A program made the position numbers and the translations under genes. A stretch of 63,449 bases of DNA, counting the filler, from Chiloscyllium plagiosum (Eukaryota), in the NCBI RefSeq assembly GCF_004010195.1. It is 4 parts of one record of this genome, joined end to end, with 100 filler letters (N's around TTAATTAATTAA, not from the genome) between each part and the next. Parts side by side here need not be neighbours in the genome. Positions count along the whole stretch, not along the records: positions 1 to 18,911 come from NC_057711.1; 3 more parts are not named here. One strand, written 5' to 3'. Within the stretch, counting starts at the first letter, position 1; every line of letters starts with the position of its first letter. This document shows positions 1 to 12,335 of this stretch, piece after piece. The notes under the pieces are model-generated. The model saw only the letters and a program-made list of their open reading frames with translations, searched no databases and was not told the DNA's origin.

Positions 1-563
1 TACTGCTCTGCTCCTCTTATCCCTTCCCTTCTGAGCAGCAGGGACAGACTCTGTGCCAGAGCCCTGTGCCCCATTGCTTTCCCCTGGTAAGTCCCCCCCT
101 CAACAGTATCCAAAACGGTATACTTATTGTTGAGGGGAATGGCCACAGGGTATCCCTGCACTGCCTGCCATTTCCCTGACTGTAACCCATATGCCTTTTT
201 CTTGTACCTGAGGAGTGACTACCTCCCTGTAACTCCTCTCAATAACCCCCTCTGCCTCCCAAATGATCTGATGTTCATCCAGCTCCAGCTCCAGTTCCCC
301 AACGCAGTTTTCAAGGAGCTGGAGTTGGGTGCACTTCCTGCAGATGTAGTCAGCATGGACTCTAGTGGTGACCCTTACCTCCCACATTCTGCAGGAGGAA
401 CATTCAACTGCCCTAACTTCCACCCCCATTATTCTAAATTCCCAAAGAGACTGTTGAAAAATAAGGAATAAAAAATAAACTCGTTACCTTACAATCTGGC
501 GCACAGAAGCTTTTTCTTTGGTTTGAGGAGGAGGATGGGTGGGAGACACTACCTGAGTAGTGT
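1..563 (-). mobile_element. CR1-type LINE, 5' UTR and ORF1 N-terminus (disrupted)
   Basis: ORF 124..429(-) MGVEVRAVECSSCRMWE...YICRKCTQLQLLENCVGELELEL: CxxC..CxxC zinc-finger plus leucine-zipper typical of CR1 ORF1. Confidence 0.85.
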
Positions 564-678
564 GAGGAGAAAGTGGGGACTGTGGATGCTGGAGATCAGA
601 GTCGAGAGTGTGGTGCTGGAAAAGCACAGCAGGTCAGGAGAATCGACGGTTCAGGCTTAAGCCCTTCATCGGGAATCG
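564..678 (-). mobile_element. Short Penelope-derived element (family A), degenerate hammerhead
   Basis: gtgtggtgctggaaaagcacagcaggtcagg...aagcccttcatc, same sequence as the 3' terminus of the GIY-YIG-bearing copy at 35125-35695, inverted. Confidence 0.75.
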
Positions 679-679
679 T

Positions 680-1160
680 AAAAGTAAAAGTGTGCAAAGA
701 CAGATGGCAGGTCAGAAGATTGGATAGAACGCAAAACACAAGCAAAGTATTATCAAAAAAGCTAAAAGGGAAAGAACAGAGCTCAAGAAAAACCGAGTTT
801 CCAGAAATGTTTAAACAAAAAGCAAAGAGGTAAAATAAATATTAGTTCTATAGAATGTGAGACTGGAGAATTAATAATGGAGACTGAGAAAATGGCAGAT
901 GAATTGAATAGGTAATTTCCATCAGTTTTCAAATGTTTAAACAAAAAGCAAAGAGGTAAAATTAATATTAGTCCTATAGAATGTGAGACTGGAGAATTAA
1001 TAATGGAGACTGAGAAAATGGCAGATGAATTGAATAGGTAATTTCCATCAGTTTTCACTATCATGGATATAATGAGCATCTCAGAGGCTGGTATAAAACA
1101 GGAAGTGAAAGCCGGGTAGGAACTCAACAAACTCACAATAAACAGAGAAGTAGGACTGGG
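680..1160 (+). mobile_element. CR1 ORF2 fragment containing a 126-bp tandem duplication
   Basis: Translates to ETGELIMETEKMADELNR (CR1 ORF2 pre-RT region); unit 805-930 repeated at 931-1056. Confidence 0.7.
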
Positions 1161-1710
1161 CATCTTGTAGTTGGTACACATTGCTGCTATTCAGCCATTG
1201 ATGGTAGAGGGAATGGATGTTTGTGAATATAGTGTTAATCAAGTGGGCCACTTTGTCCTAGATGGTGTGAAGCTTCTTGAGTACTACTGAAGCTCATCCA
1301 GGCAAGTGGAAAATATTTCATCACATTTCTGGTTTGTGTCTTGTACATGGTGGACAGAGTCAGAAGGTAAGATCGTCGCTGCAGGATACCGAACCTCTGA
1401 ACTGCTCCCTTAGTTATTACATTTATATGACTAGTCTATACAATTTCAGGTCAATGGTAAACCCCCAGGCTGTTGATAGTGGAGGATTTAGCAAATGTAA
1501 TACCATTGAATGTCAAGGGGTGATGGTTAGAGTTTCTGTTTTGAAAATTGCCATCACCGAGCAACTTGTATGATACAAATGCTTTTGTCTCTTGTCAGCC
1601 CAAGCCTGTATATTATTCAGATCTTGCAGCCTCTGGACATGGATTGCTTCAGTATCTGAGAACTCCTCAATGGCTAATGAATATTACACAATCATCAATG
1701 AACATCCCCA
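1160..1710 (-). mobile_element. Old CR1/L2-group LINE RT fragment
   Basis: Reverse complement matches the family seen at 8070-8505 and 51950-52540 (cagtagtactcaagaagcttcacaccatctaggacaaagtggccc). Confidence 0.55.
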
Positions 1711-3669
1711 TTACCCTGAGAAATTCTTGCAGTTATGTCTTGAAGTTAAGCTGACTCATCTCCAACAAACACAAATATCTCTCTTCATGCTAAGCCTGAC
1801 TCCAAACAGAATCCAAACAGTTTTTCCCTTTTCCCATTTAGTCTTGTATTGCAAAGTCTCATTGATGCCACACTTGATCAAATGTTTCTGTAGAGACAGT
1901 AAACACTATTCTACTGTGACCTCAGGAGATCAGCTCTTTGTCCATGTACTAACCAATACTGTAATGAGTGGTCCTGGGGGGCAGAATGCAAAAGTGAGGA
2001 TATTTCTAGGCAGGTTATTAGTAAGCAATGAGACCTTCTGAAGGGATCTGACTGAGTCATTGCAGCAAGATTGTTTGCTTCTATGGGAGAGTTTAGGACC
2101 AGATGGCATAATCTCAAAATAAGGGGTCGCCAATTTAAGACAGATAATGAGGCATTTCATCTCTCGGTGTTTGTTTTTTACTGAGTGCCCTCCAACTCAA
2201 ATCTTGTTGTACAAGGCAGCCAGTTATCTACTATTAATGCCCAATACTGGATGTGGTGCTTCATAGCCAGTGCAGTAGAAGCTAAACTTTAGCGGACAAG
2301 CATATCTGTATGCTGTTACCCAATGAGGAGACAGCGCTGTACGTTTCTGGACTGACCAGTGCTGAGACCATTGTCCATGACATGCTGCAAGGTGGCTGTT
2401 TTCTCATACCTATGGTTCTTGTATCCCACTTCCCTTTCAATCACAGCCTCTTCTGTTTGACAAGCTGAAGATGACATAAATTTTCTTGCTTTCCCCTAAC
2501 CACAACACTTCCTTTGTCGTTTCAAATAACAATTAACCACAATTTAGCCAGGCAATGGAGGAAGAGGGAGAGGTGTAAGAGGAGGAAGATAGTGATGAAG
2601 AAGAACCATCACTCACTCTCACTCTTACAGCTACCAGTTCAGATACTGCCACTTGGTTTGGCAGAGAGTTGCGAGATGGGATCTTCACTGGTCAAAAATG
2701 GGAAGTATCCTGTAAGTGGAAGGAACAAAGTTGCACTTGAAGTCTGCAGCAGACAGTCCAAATGAGTGATTTGATGAAGTGGCCTAAGGGAAAGGTTAAT
2801 ACCTTTACTCCATGAAAATATTTTGCTTATTGGCAGACCTGGCAGAAAGTCAATGGGTAAAAGCAAAGAGCAATGGAGGGGTCAGGTACCAGCTTGATTT
2901 GATGCAGACACTGTACCCATCCTTTCCAGAGAGGAAGAGGTGACCAAAACCTTTGCAGATGCTACAATGATGCAGCATTGAACGGCTGATTTTGCAGCTT
3001 TCATTGTAACTCCAGCAGAGTCTACCCAAAATGAGAGCATAAGGATGAATGGTAGGAGTAGGAAACTCAGTCCTTTGAGCCTGCCCCACATTTAGCATGA
3101 TTATGGCTAATATCATCTTGGCCTCAACTCCACTTTTCTGCCTGCTCCCCATAACCTGTAACTTATTACAAATTAAAACTCTGAGTATCTCCTCCTTAAA
3201 TTTGTCCAGTATTCTGGCATTCACTACACTCTGAGATAATGAATGCCACAGATTCACATCCTTTTGAGAGAGATTACTGCCCCAGAAGTTTAGACTGCCT
3301 ACAAGTTAGCTGAGCTTTTTTTGCAGTGCATTCTCAGACTGCTGCCACCCTGACTGAGGGTATCAGTGTTCAGAGGGCCTGTCATGATTTCACAGTAATC
3401 AAGACATTTCTCCTCCTCCAGGCACTGAGGCAACAAGAACAGTGCTTCCATGCTGGCTCCCTCAGCCCTTTGTCATCATCAAGTACTCATCCTGCCACTG
3501 TTGCCATGTCCATCCGTGAAACAGCCCAGACCGCTATTGAGATGGTACAGCCTGAAACCAGGCTTGCCTGTACATGAGAGGCTCAAGATCAACCTGCAAA
3601 AACCATCTGTAGCATTCTAGCATTCAAGCAACCACAACAATCAAACTGTGTACTTGGCAAAGGAAACCA

Positions 3670-4028
3670 GTGTGGCATAGTGGTGCAGTGGTTAGTGCTG
3701 CTGCATCACAATGCTGGGGACCTGGGCTCGATTTCAGTCACTGTTTGAGTGGAGTTTGTACGTTATCTCTGTGTTTGCATGGGCTTCCTCTGGGTGCTCT
3801 TGTTTCCTCCCACAGTCCATCATCAGGAAGATAATACAGGTTAGATGAACTGTCGATACTAAATTGCCCTGTATTCCCCAGGGATGTGTAGGATTAGGTA
3901 TTTTAGCCATGGTAAATGCAGGATTAGGGAGATAGGTTGGGGGTTTTTGACTGGGTGTGATGCTCTTCGGAGGGTTGGTGCAGACTCGATGGGCTGAATG
4001 ACCTTTTTCTGCACTGTAAGGATTCTGT
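3670..4028 (+). mobile_element. HE1-type tRNA-derived SINE
   Basis: tggtgcagtggttag A-box-like head, gtggagtttg...cctcccacagtcca body, CR1-like 3' tail. Confidence 0.8.
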
Positions 4029-4219
4029 AGAAAAAAAGTACACAGAAAATAGGCACTAAGGGAATGCAGAAGAGTGATAGATTGATGATTATCTGCAGTA
4101 TGACACAATCGTATTTTATTAATTTGGCTGGGAAATATTTAGTGTGCATTGACTTCTATGATGAAGGCACGGTGTTGCTGTGGTTGAGGTTGTACTTGAG
4201 GGTTATGATCAACTAGACA

Positions 4220-4345
4220 AAAGGGAGGACTGCAGATGCTGGAGACTAGAATCAAGAGTGGGGTGTTGGAAAAGCACAGCAGGTCAGGCAGCATCCGAAG
4301 AGCAGAAGAATCGACATTTCGGGCAAAAGCCCTTCATCAGGAATG
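4220..4345 (-). mobile_element. Penelope-derived short element (family A) with hammerhead core at 4308-4344
   Basis: Minus strand attc-CTGATGA-A-GGGC-TTTT-GCCC-GAAA-TG-TC-gatt. Confidence 0.75.
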
Positions 4346-5725
4346 AGGTTATGGGCCTATTTGCCAATGTCATCCTGTAGCCTCCATTTGGTTTTTTGTG
4401 GTGGTGCGAATGATACTGGCATCATGGACTGTCAATGAATAAAGGCATCATAACTTCTGTGGCGATTTTGAGTATTGACTTTCGTGATACTTGGTATGGA
4501 TCCTGGGCTTTGAGAAGATCTCTTGCAAATGCAATGCATCCTGTGGTTATCTTATCTTACCAGTGTCGCTCACAGTGTACCATGCATGTGGTTAGCAACA
4601 TCCTGCACAATGGGAAAACTCTGCAATTCTTGCAGTGTCAAGTCCTCACTCCATGCATTCTTTTCTGACATGAGAGACTGAATTATACCCATCTCACTTG
4701 AATTACTGAGGCCCAGTGCAATCCACCCAGAGCTCGGCTTATAACCAAGGAGACGGCATCAATCTGAAACAAAAACATTGCTGAATTTCAATCTTATGAG
4801 TTCACTTCCTGTAGGTATATCAGCCAATGTGTTTAAAGACTCCAATTTTTTTACATCAAGATTTTTCATAATTCCAGACACTACATTTCAGCTACTTCCA
4901 GAGATTTAAGTAGATTAGATAAAGGGTAACACAGATATTTATGCTTTTGTATGTTGTTACAATGGTAAGAAAGCAGGCTATGGAATTAAATGTGTTATCT
5001 GGAGCAGTTGTGCTGTGTGAAAAACACATAGTCAGAAAAGCAAACTTTAAATTAATTAGAACAAAATAAATAAATGGAGCACACTTGAATATGTGTCACG
5101 TAGTTGCATGTGTCAGCATATTTCTTAATCCAAGACAATGTGAAAAGTAAAGTTATTTGCAGATGGACAGAAGTTCTATAAATCATTTCTTGAAAAACTA
5201 CAATATCAATATTGCATCATTTTACAACCAGAACAGCAAGTAAAGTCAATCTGAAAAGTGTTTTATTGTTTTAAAGCTTTTGAATTACATTTATGAACAT
5301 CTATACTGTTAAGCAGAGGGAGTAGAGGTTTTGGTGACAAAATGAAATATTATTTTTTTATGATAGGTAATTATTATTCTAAGTACAGATTTACTTCTTC
5401 GGTTTCTCAATTCTCATCAACATCAATCAATATTCTCAAATTAGCCATAGTGTTTGTCCAATTGAGAGGAAGTGAAAAGCATTCACTTTTACTTTGTACT
5501 TCCAAGCACAGAAGCCTGTGCCTATGAAGTAATTGTCAGGGTCTCCCTTCTCCATTCTCCCTGAATCTCTCAGGTTTGTGGTCAAGGAGGAGACTCACCT
5601 GTTTGCAAATCCCAACCAGTGGTGATCGAAAATATCCCTGGGAGGTTCATGTAACCCGCTCCACAAATTTCCCTGTGAAAGCCACCTGCCACTTTGTTAG
5701 AATATCGCAGAATCTGTATCCATGA

Positions 5726-6110
5726 TGTGGAGATGCCAGTGTTGGACTGGGGTGGACAATGTGAGAAGTCACATGACACCAGAACACTTCAACTGGCAAA
5801 GGAGCAGCGTTCTGAAAACTTGTAATTTCAAATAAACCTATTGGACTATATAGATCAGAGTGGTGCTGGAAAAGCACAGCAGGTCAGGCAGCATCCGAGG
5901 AGCAGGAAAATTGACGTTTCGGGCAAAAGCCCTTCATCAGGAATCTGATGAAGGGATTTTGCCCGAAACGTTGATTTTCCTGCTCCTTGGATGCTGCCTG
6001 ACCTGCTGTGCTTTTCCAGCATCACTCTGATCTAAACTCTGGTTTCCAGCATCTGCAGTCCTCACTTTTGCTTGTTGGACTATATAACCCGGTGTCATGT
6101 GACTTCTGAC
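5726..6110. mobile_element. Penelope-derived element family B interrupted by a palindromic family A element (about 5851-6070)
   Basis: Family B head tggagatgccagtgttggactgggg; duplicated TTGGACTATATA at 5841-5852 and 6075-6086; inverted arms 5851-5940 / 5945-6034. Confidence 0.8.
5908..5944 (-). ncRNA. Minimal type I hammerhead ribozyme motif (intact core)
   Basis: attc-CTGATGA-A-GGGC-TTTT-GCCC-GAAA-CG-TC-aattt; stem I pairing is weak; activity untested. Confidence 0.65.
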
Positions 6111-6349
6111 AGAATTTATAGATTAAGATCTGAAGTAGTGTGACAGGAATCTCCCAACTATCTAGGAGCCCTTTATGACCTTCCACACAGAATCTTAATC
6201 AGCCTCTTCACTGTGACAATCACACACCTCTCTTTGCATTTATTTTCTTTTCATTTTTTATAGCACTTGTCTTGCAGTCAACATAGCACTTTCCATCAAT
6301 GACTTACTGCTATTTATTTGTTAGAAAATGACATTTGCCCATTCGCATA

Positions 6350-7060
6350 AGCATGTGAACAAGAAGGAGTGGGTCATTTGGCTGCTGAAACCTGCTCTGC
6401 CATTTAGTAAGACCATGGCTGATCCGATTGAAATTCTTACATCCACAGTCACTCCAACTTCTGACAAAATGTCACCTTCTTGCTTAACAAGTATCTATCT
6501 ATTTCTGCTATAGAAACACTCAAGGTCTTTGCTTCTGTTACCTATTCTGGAAGAGAGAGATCCAAAGACTCATGACTTTCTGAAAGAGTGAAAATAAAAA
6601 TCCCTTTATCTCTATTTTAAATGGCCAAATTCCTACTTTTAAACAGTGACATATATAATACGTGAGTCTCCTGTGAAAGGAAATATCCACTTCACATCTA
6701 ATTTCTCAAGACCCCTCAGGATCTTATATGTTCAATCAATTCACCTTGTATTTTTGAAACTCCAGGAGTAACATCAGAAACACCTCCTGTGAATTGTTTC
6801 CCAATTACATTGATCCTTAAATAAAGTGACCAAAAATGTACACAATACTTGTGGTGGTTTCACTAGTGCCCTGTGTAACTGAAACATTATCTTGCAACTT
6901 TGGTATTCAACTCCCCTTGCAATAAATTATAACATAATGGCAGCTTCCCTAATTATTTTCTATACCTGCACATGAACCCTCTGTGATTCATGAACTGGAT
7001 ACATAGATACATCAGTATCTCAGAGTTCTGCAATTTCTCCCTATTTAGATAATATCCTTT
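6350..7060 (-). mobile_element. Old CR1 3' fragment
   Basis: gaacaagaaggagtgggtcatttggc...ccatggctgatc tail and degenerate C-terminal ORF2 shared with other CR1 copies in the window. Confidence 0.55.
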
Positions 7061-8069
7061 TCATATGTTACCATTAGACCCTGTAGCAGCAATTTGTTAT
7101 GGCTCAGGTGGGATACCCCACATTGTTAAGTTCCTGAATGAGGATGCATGAGCCAGTTCTGTTATTCATCCACCCCTTCGATTGATTGCAGCAAGGTTAA
7201 TTTGAAAAGAATCGCACCTGTTGTGAATACCCTTCTGCCAGACCCAAGTGGATTTATGTTTTAAAAGGAACTAATTTAACCTGATTTTCTTGAATCGACA
7301 AAAAGAGAGCTTAGTAATGACTAAATCCAAGGAGAAATAGTGACACAACAACATGCACATAGATGGAATCAAGAGGCATGTTCAATTAGAGTGAGGAAGA
7401 AGGATATTATTCTCTGTATTGTTCATGAAAAGAAGATTAGGTGATGGTGCTACCATGATTGGATGGCACTTGCAGTATTGATGTTGAAAGCTGAGCAGTT
7501 GATTTCAAGACTCTTGTGTTGTCAGATTGACAGAAATTGTACTTCTCTTGTTCTTCTTGATAGTGATTAAATTCTAGCATGCAGAGCAACAGAGAGAGCC
7601 TTTCATTTTGTTTTACCTGCAGGGTAGGGGGTTCTCACAGGCCATACATAAAACTATGTGGCCCGCAACATCTTTTCAATCCACAAATTGGGGCATCTGT
7701 CAATAACTCACAAACTATTGTTTTAGTCAGATTTTAATGCCTTTCCTGTATATTCCTGCAAGTTAAAACAGGAAAGGTAGTTTTCTGCCAAGGCTAGGTA
7801 CCAATCAACCTCATTGTTATCTCTCCACGTTAAATTTCTTCCAGTCTGAAGTTTCTCAGACACTTGAGAGGTCCAATATTTCATTGGCTTCATTGGACTT
7901 TTCCAGAGAGTGATTGAATTTATGATAGTTTTCTAAAAAAAATTCCGTAGCATTTCTTTAAAAACAAAACTTTTTGGAATTAAAAGCAAAGAAAAAGTCT
8001 GTAAATGCTACAAGGTTCTGATCCTGTGAAATTAGACAATTTCATATATACACATATTATATTTGCTTG

Positions 8070-8505
8070 AATGAGTGCAGCTCCAACAATACTCAAGATG
8101 CTTGACACCATCTAGGACAAAACAGCCTCATTGATTGGTACCATATCCACAAGCATCATACCGATGCTCAGTAGCAGCAGTGTCCCACCTACAAGATGCA
8201 CTGCAGAAATTCACCAAAGCTTCTGAGACAACACCTTCCAAATTTTTGACCACTTGCACCTAGAAGGAGAAGGGCAGCAGATACATGGGAACAGCAGATC
8301 CCCTCTAAGACACTCAACATCCTGACTTGGAAATATGTCACTGTTCCTTCAGCGCTTCTGAATCGAGTGGCATTTTGGCTCAATACAGCCCATGGACACC
8401 AGTGAGTTCAGAAGTCTGGTCCCCACTACCTTCTCAAGGGCAACTAGGGATGGACAATAAATGCTGGCCTAACCAGTGACCCCCACATATCTGAATGGAT
8501 AATTA
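8070..8505 (+). mobile_element. CR1/L2-group LINE 3' end
   Basis: gcagctccaacaatactcaag...ccttctcaagggcaactagggatggacaataaatgctggcc tail; related copy at 51950-52540. Confidence 0.65.
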
Positions 8506-9420
8506 AAAAAAAGTATTGCCAGATATTTATGTTTATTTATTGATTTAGATTTATGTAAATTGTAAAACATGGACACTTGTGCACTGATCCATGTGGCACA
8601 CTTCTCGTTACATCGTGCCAACTAGAAAGTGACATATTCATGTCTTTTCCCTGTTCCCAGTGACTCTGCTTTTCTGTGCCAATATACTACCCCCTTCCCA
8701 CAGTGCAAACACTTGGTTTGATGGCAGCATCCTGCTCCTGTTGAATATTCGTAATGAGTAACATGCCGATCATGCTCAACTAGCCCACGTATGCTAGCCT
8801 TGGGAAAGAATGTCCGTCGCTTGATATGATTTGTAAATTGGATATCATTTATTAAATATTCAGCACTTTGCTAATGATTACATCAGAAACTAATTTAGGG
8901 CAATCAGTCAGACTTGCAGTGTGATACAAGCTACTGACATTAACGCACAGGACCTTGTTTTATGCAGGCCAATAGAATTTGTATATGCATTGTCTCTTGC
9001 TCATTGGAAAACAAGGAGGGGCCATCATCTGTAGCTAATTGCTGCTGCATTCATATGACAACACCCTGACCAATCAGAACCTGGTTATTTGTCTAAGAAC
9101 TAAAATGAAAGTCAAATATTACTGATACATCTCTGTGCCAAAAGTAACTCAACCAATCAGCACACTCATTCATTCTGTTAAATGGACGTTACTCAACTCT
9201 GTTTCTTGTGTCCTAAACCTGATGAATACCAAACAAAAACCTCTGTTTCCTTTAAACAATTTAAAAAATAAATTTTACCACCCTGTCTTCACATTGTGAT
9301 CATCAAAGCTTCAGAGGAAAACTAACTTTTGTTTCATTTTTCATGTTCAAGCAGAAGGAAGCACCAGCGTGGAAATGTTCATTCTCTCAATCATACTCAA
9401 TGGCCGTCCACTTTAGTTAA

Positions 9421-9714
9421 TCATAGAATCCCTATTGTGTGGAACCAGGCCATTTGTCCCATGAGTCCACACCAATTCTCCGAAGAGCATCCCACCCAGC
9501 CCAACTTCCTACCCTATCCTTGCTTTTCCTGGCCAATCCACCTAACCTGCACATGTTTGTACTGCAGGAGGAAACCGGAGCACTCAGAGGAAACCCACAC
9601 AGACACAGGGAGAGCATGCAAACTCCACACAAACAGTCACCTGAGGCTGGAATTGAAGCCAGGTCTCTGGTGCCATGAGGTACCAGTGCTATCCACTGAG
9701 CCACCATGCTACCC
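9421..9714 (-). mobile_element. HE1-type SINE
   Basis: Reverse complement of the 17804-18108 sequence. Confidence 0.8.
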
Positions 9715-11992
9715 ATAAATTGGTGTAACTTAATGCTGAGCTCTCAGATTGGGTTTATTTCTGAGTGTGAGAGTGCTGCATTGGTTTCAGGAATCCATGC
9801 GGATCTGTGGGTCCCTTCCATATCTTTGGAAACTGAGATGCAGGGTTCAGGTTTTCACAGGTTGTAGGTCAGGCATAATTACATTCAAACATTATTGCTG
9901 GTAGCTGTCAGGAGCATTAGCATTCAGGCCTTGGCATTAGGCGGGGAGTTGGTTGAATCTTGCCCTCATTTCTCTTGGAACACTGCTGCCCTCATGTGGC
10001 AGTCTGACCCCTACTGTACTGCAATGAGACTCTTCAATCAAGCAAAGGGAATTACTCACTAACATCTCGTCAAAGTGTGGTTAGTCCCACTGCTTGTTTA
10101 GCCAGTGAAGATATGGGCTTCTTCTCACCCACATTTGCCTGTCCACTTGTTGAGTCCTTCGTTAATTCTGGTCAGAAGGACTCTACTGAACACTGTTAGG
10201 ATGTGTCTCTTTCAATCTCTCCTACTTCTGCTCAAGTAAACTGATTGTCTTTCGATCTTTCAATTCTTTTTCATCTGAGTTTAGCCCTTTGTTTTTGTGA
10301 GTGTTTATATAGTTTATCCCAATCCTTTTGGATAGTACTTCCCCTTACAGGGCCACAAAGCATTATTCAGCTTTTGGCAGCTTTGCATAATCTTACATTA
10401 ACACCCCTTCCTTTCCTTGGCACCTCCTTTGCTTGATGGGTCACTTTTGGCTCTGTTTATTTCCTCAGAATCCTGTCTCAGCTCTATTTACTTTAGCTGG
10501 CTCTAGCTTGGTCTCAAATAAAAAGGAAATAGTGCAGGTATTGGAGATCTGAAATAAAAACAGAAAATGCTGGAGAAACTCAGCAGCTCTGGCGGCATCT
10601 GTGGAGAGAGAGGGCAAGTGAGTCGCACCAAGGTTTAGAATACATTGTTAGTCAGGAGAGAGAAATGGCAAAGGGAGTAATCACCCAAACTTGTGTGCTA
10701 TGTACGTCTGATCGCATTTGGACATGGACTGCTTCAGTATCTGAAGAATTGCAAGTGCCTGTGAACACTGTTTGATCATTATCAAACATTCTCACTTCTG
10801 AGCTTATGGTTGAGGGAAAGTGCTTGATGAAGCAACTAAAATGGTTGGCTCTGGGAGTCTAATCTAGGGAGTCTTGCAGAAATGTCCAGTTGCTGAGAAG
10901 ATTGGTCTCCAGCAACTATCACCATCTTATAGAACATAGAACATTACAGTGCAATACAAGCTCTTCGGCCCTCGGTGTTGCGCCGGCCAATCTGAAGTCC
11001 ATCTAACCATCACTATTCCATTCTTGTACGTATGCCTATCCAATGACCACTTAAATGCCCTTAAAGTTGGCGAGTTTACAACTTTTGCAGGCATTTGTGT
11101 TAGGATTGCATCCAGATAGAGTCTGAATTCCCATTGAGGCTAGTGGTACAGTTGGGATTGAATAGGGCATTTGAAGTTGTATTCACTCACCTTGGCTATT
11201 CCATGATCTCCTTGAACTTTACATGGCATTTAGTTCAGCCCTCCGGGGGCCTGACCCCAGGACCATGACACCCTCCGCTAACCCAATCTACTGTCTTTTC
11301 AAAATCCTTCTGCTAGGCCTTTTGACAACTAGGGAATAATTCACAACCTCCTCCCGTCCATTGCATGGGAATGCTTGGACATTGGAGCAGCAGTAGACTG
11401 CTTGAATCTGCTCCACAAAATCATGGTTGATCCTTCTATGGTTTGCAGCCCACCACCCTCACCTTTCTATGCTATTACAAACAATCCAAGTTCCTCCAAC
11501 TTGGATTTCCTCCCAAGATGGAGAAACCAGTTATACTTGGAAATAAATGTACTGGTTGTACTGGCCCTCCATTTTGTAACATGTGAGAGAAATCAGACCA
11601 GTATGCCTCCTTCGTCAATTTTGCTGTTTTTTTTCCAATGGCCAGAACGCACCTCATTTTGAGAGAGAAAGCTGGTGTGAAGTAATATGTAGGAATCAAG
11701 AGATACTTCCAGCCATTCAGTTGCCTGTTTACCAATGTCTACAAATAATCCCCCACAATCTAGGATGGAGGTGTCAGAATGCCCCTCACTTTAAGGGATA
11801 CAGGAATGTAGCAAATTAGCAGGCAACATCAAATTGGTGTGCTGTCTGCACCAAAAACAGTCAAGCATCCTGATGTATTCAATTTTTCTCCCCTACTTCT
11901 GGTGTCCTCCAAATGTAGAATTATTTTCTCCATGCCTGTCTTATCAAACAAATTCTTGCTCTTTTTCAGCGTACGTCCATTATAATATCATC

Positions 11993-12335
11993 AAAGAATT
12001 CCTTCAGTGTGGAAGCAGGCTATCAGCCCATCAAGTCCATACTGAGCCTCTGAGGAGCATCCCACCCAAACCCAAACCTCTACCCTATCCCTGTAACTCC
12101 CATTGCTAATCCATCTAGACATCCTTTGACTATATGGGCATTTAGCATGGCCAATTTACCTAATGTGTACATGATTGGACTGTTGGAAGAAACCAAAGTA
12201 CCCAGAGAAAACCCACACAGACACGGGCAGAATGTGCAAACTCCACACAGAGAGTAGCACGAGGGTGGAATCAAACCTGGGTCCCTGGTGTTGTGAGGGA
12301 GCATTGTTAACCATTGAGTCAGCATGCTGCCCCAC
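11993..12335 (-). mobile_element. HE1-type SINE
   Basis: gggcatttagcatggccaat...cccacacagacacggg...tgcaaactccacacag. Confidence 0.75.

Noticed and set aside
2500..4670. Possible decayed PIF/Harbinger element (VPILSREEEV and NILHN-like peptides)
   Set aside because: Only a few residues of resemblance and no TIR/TSD found; needs tblastn
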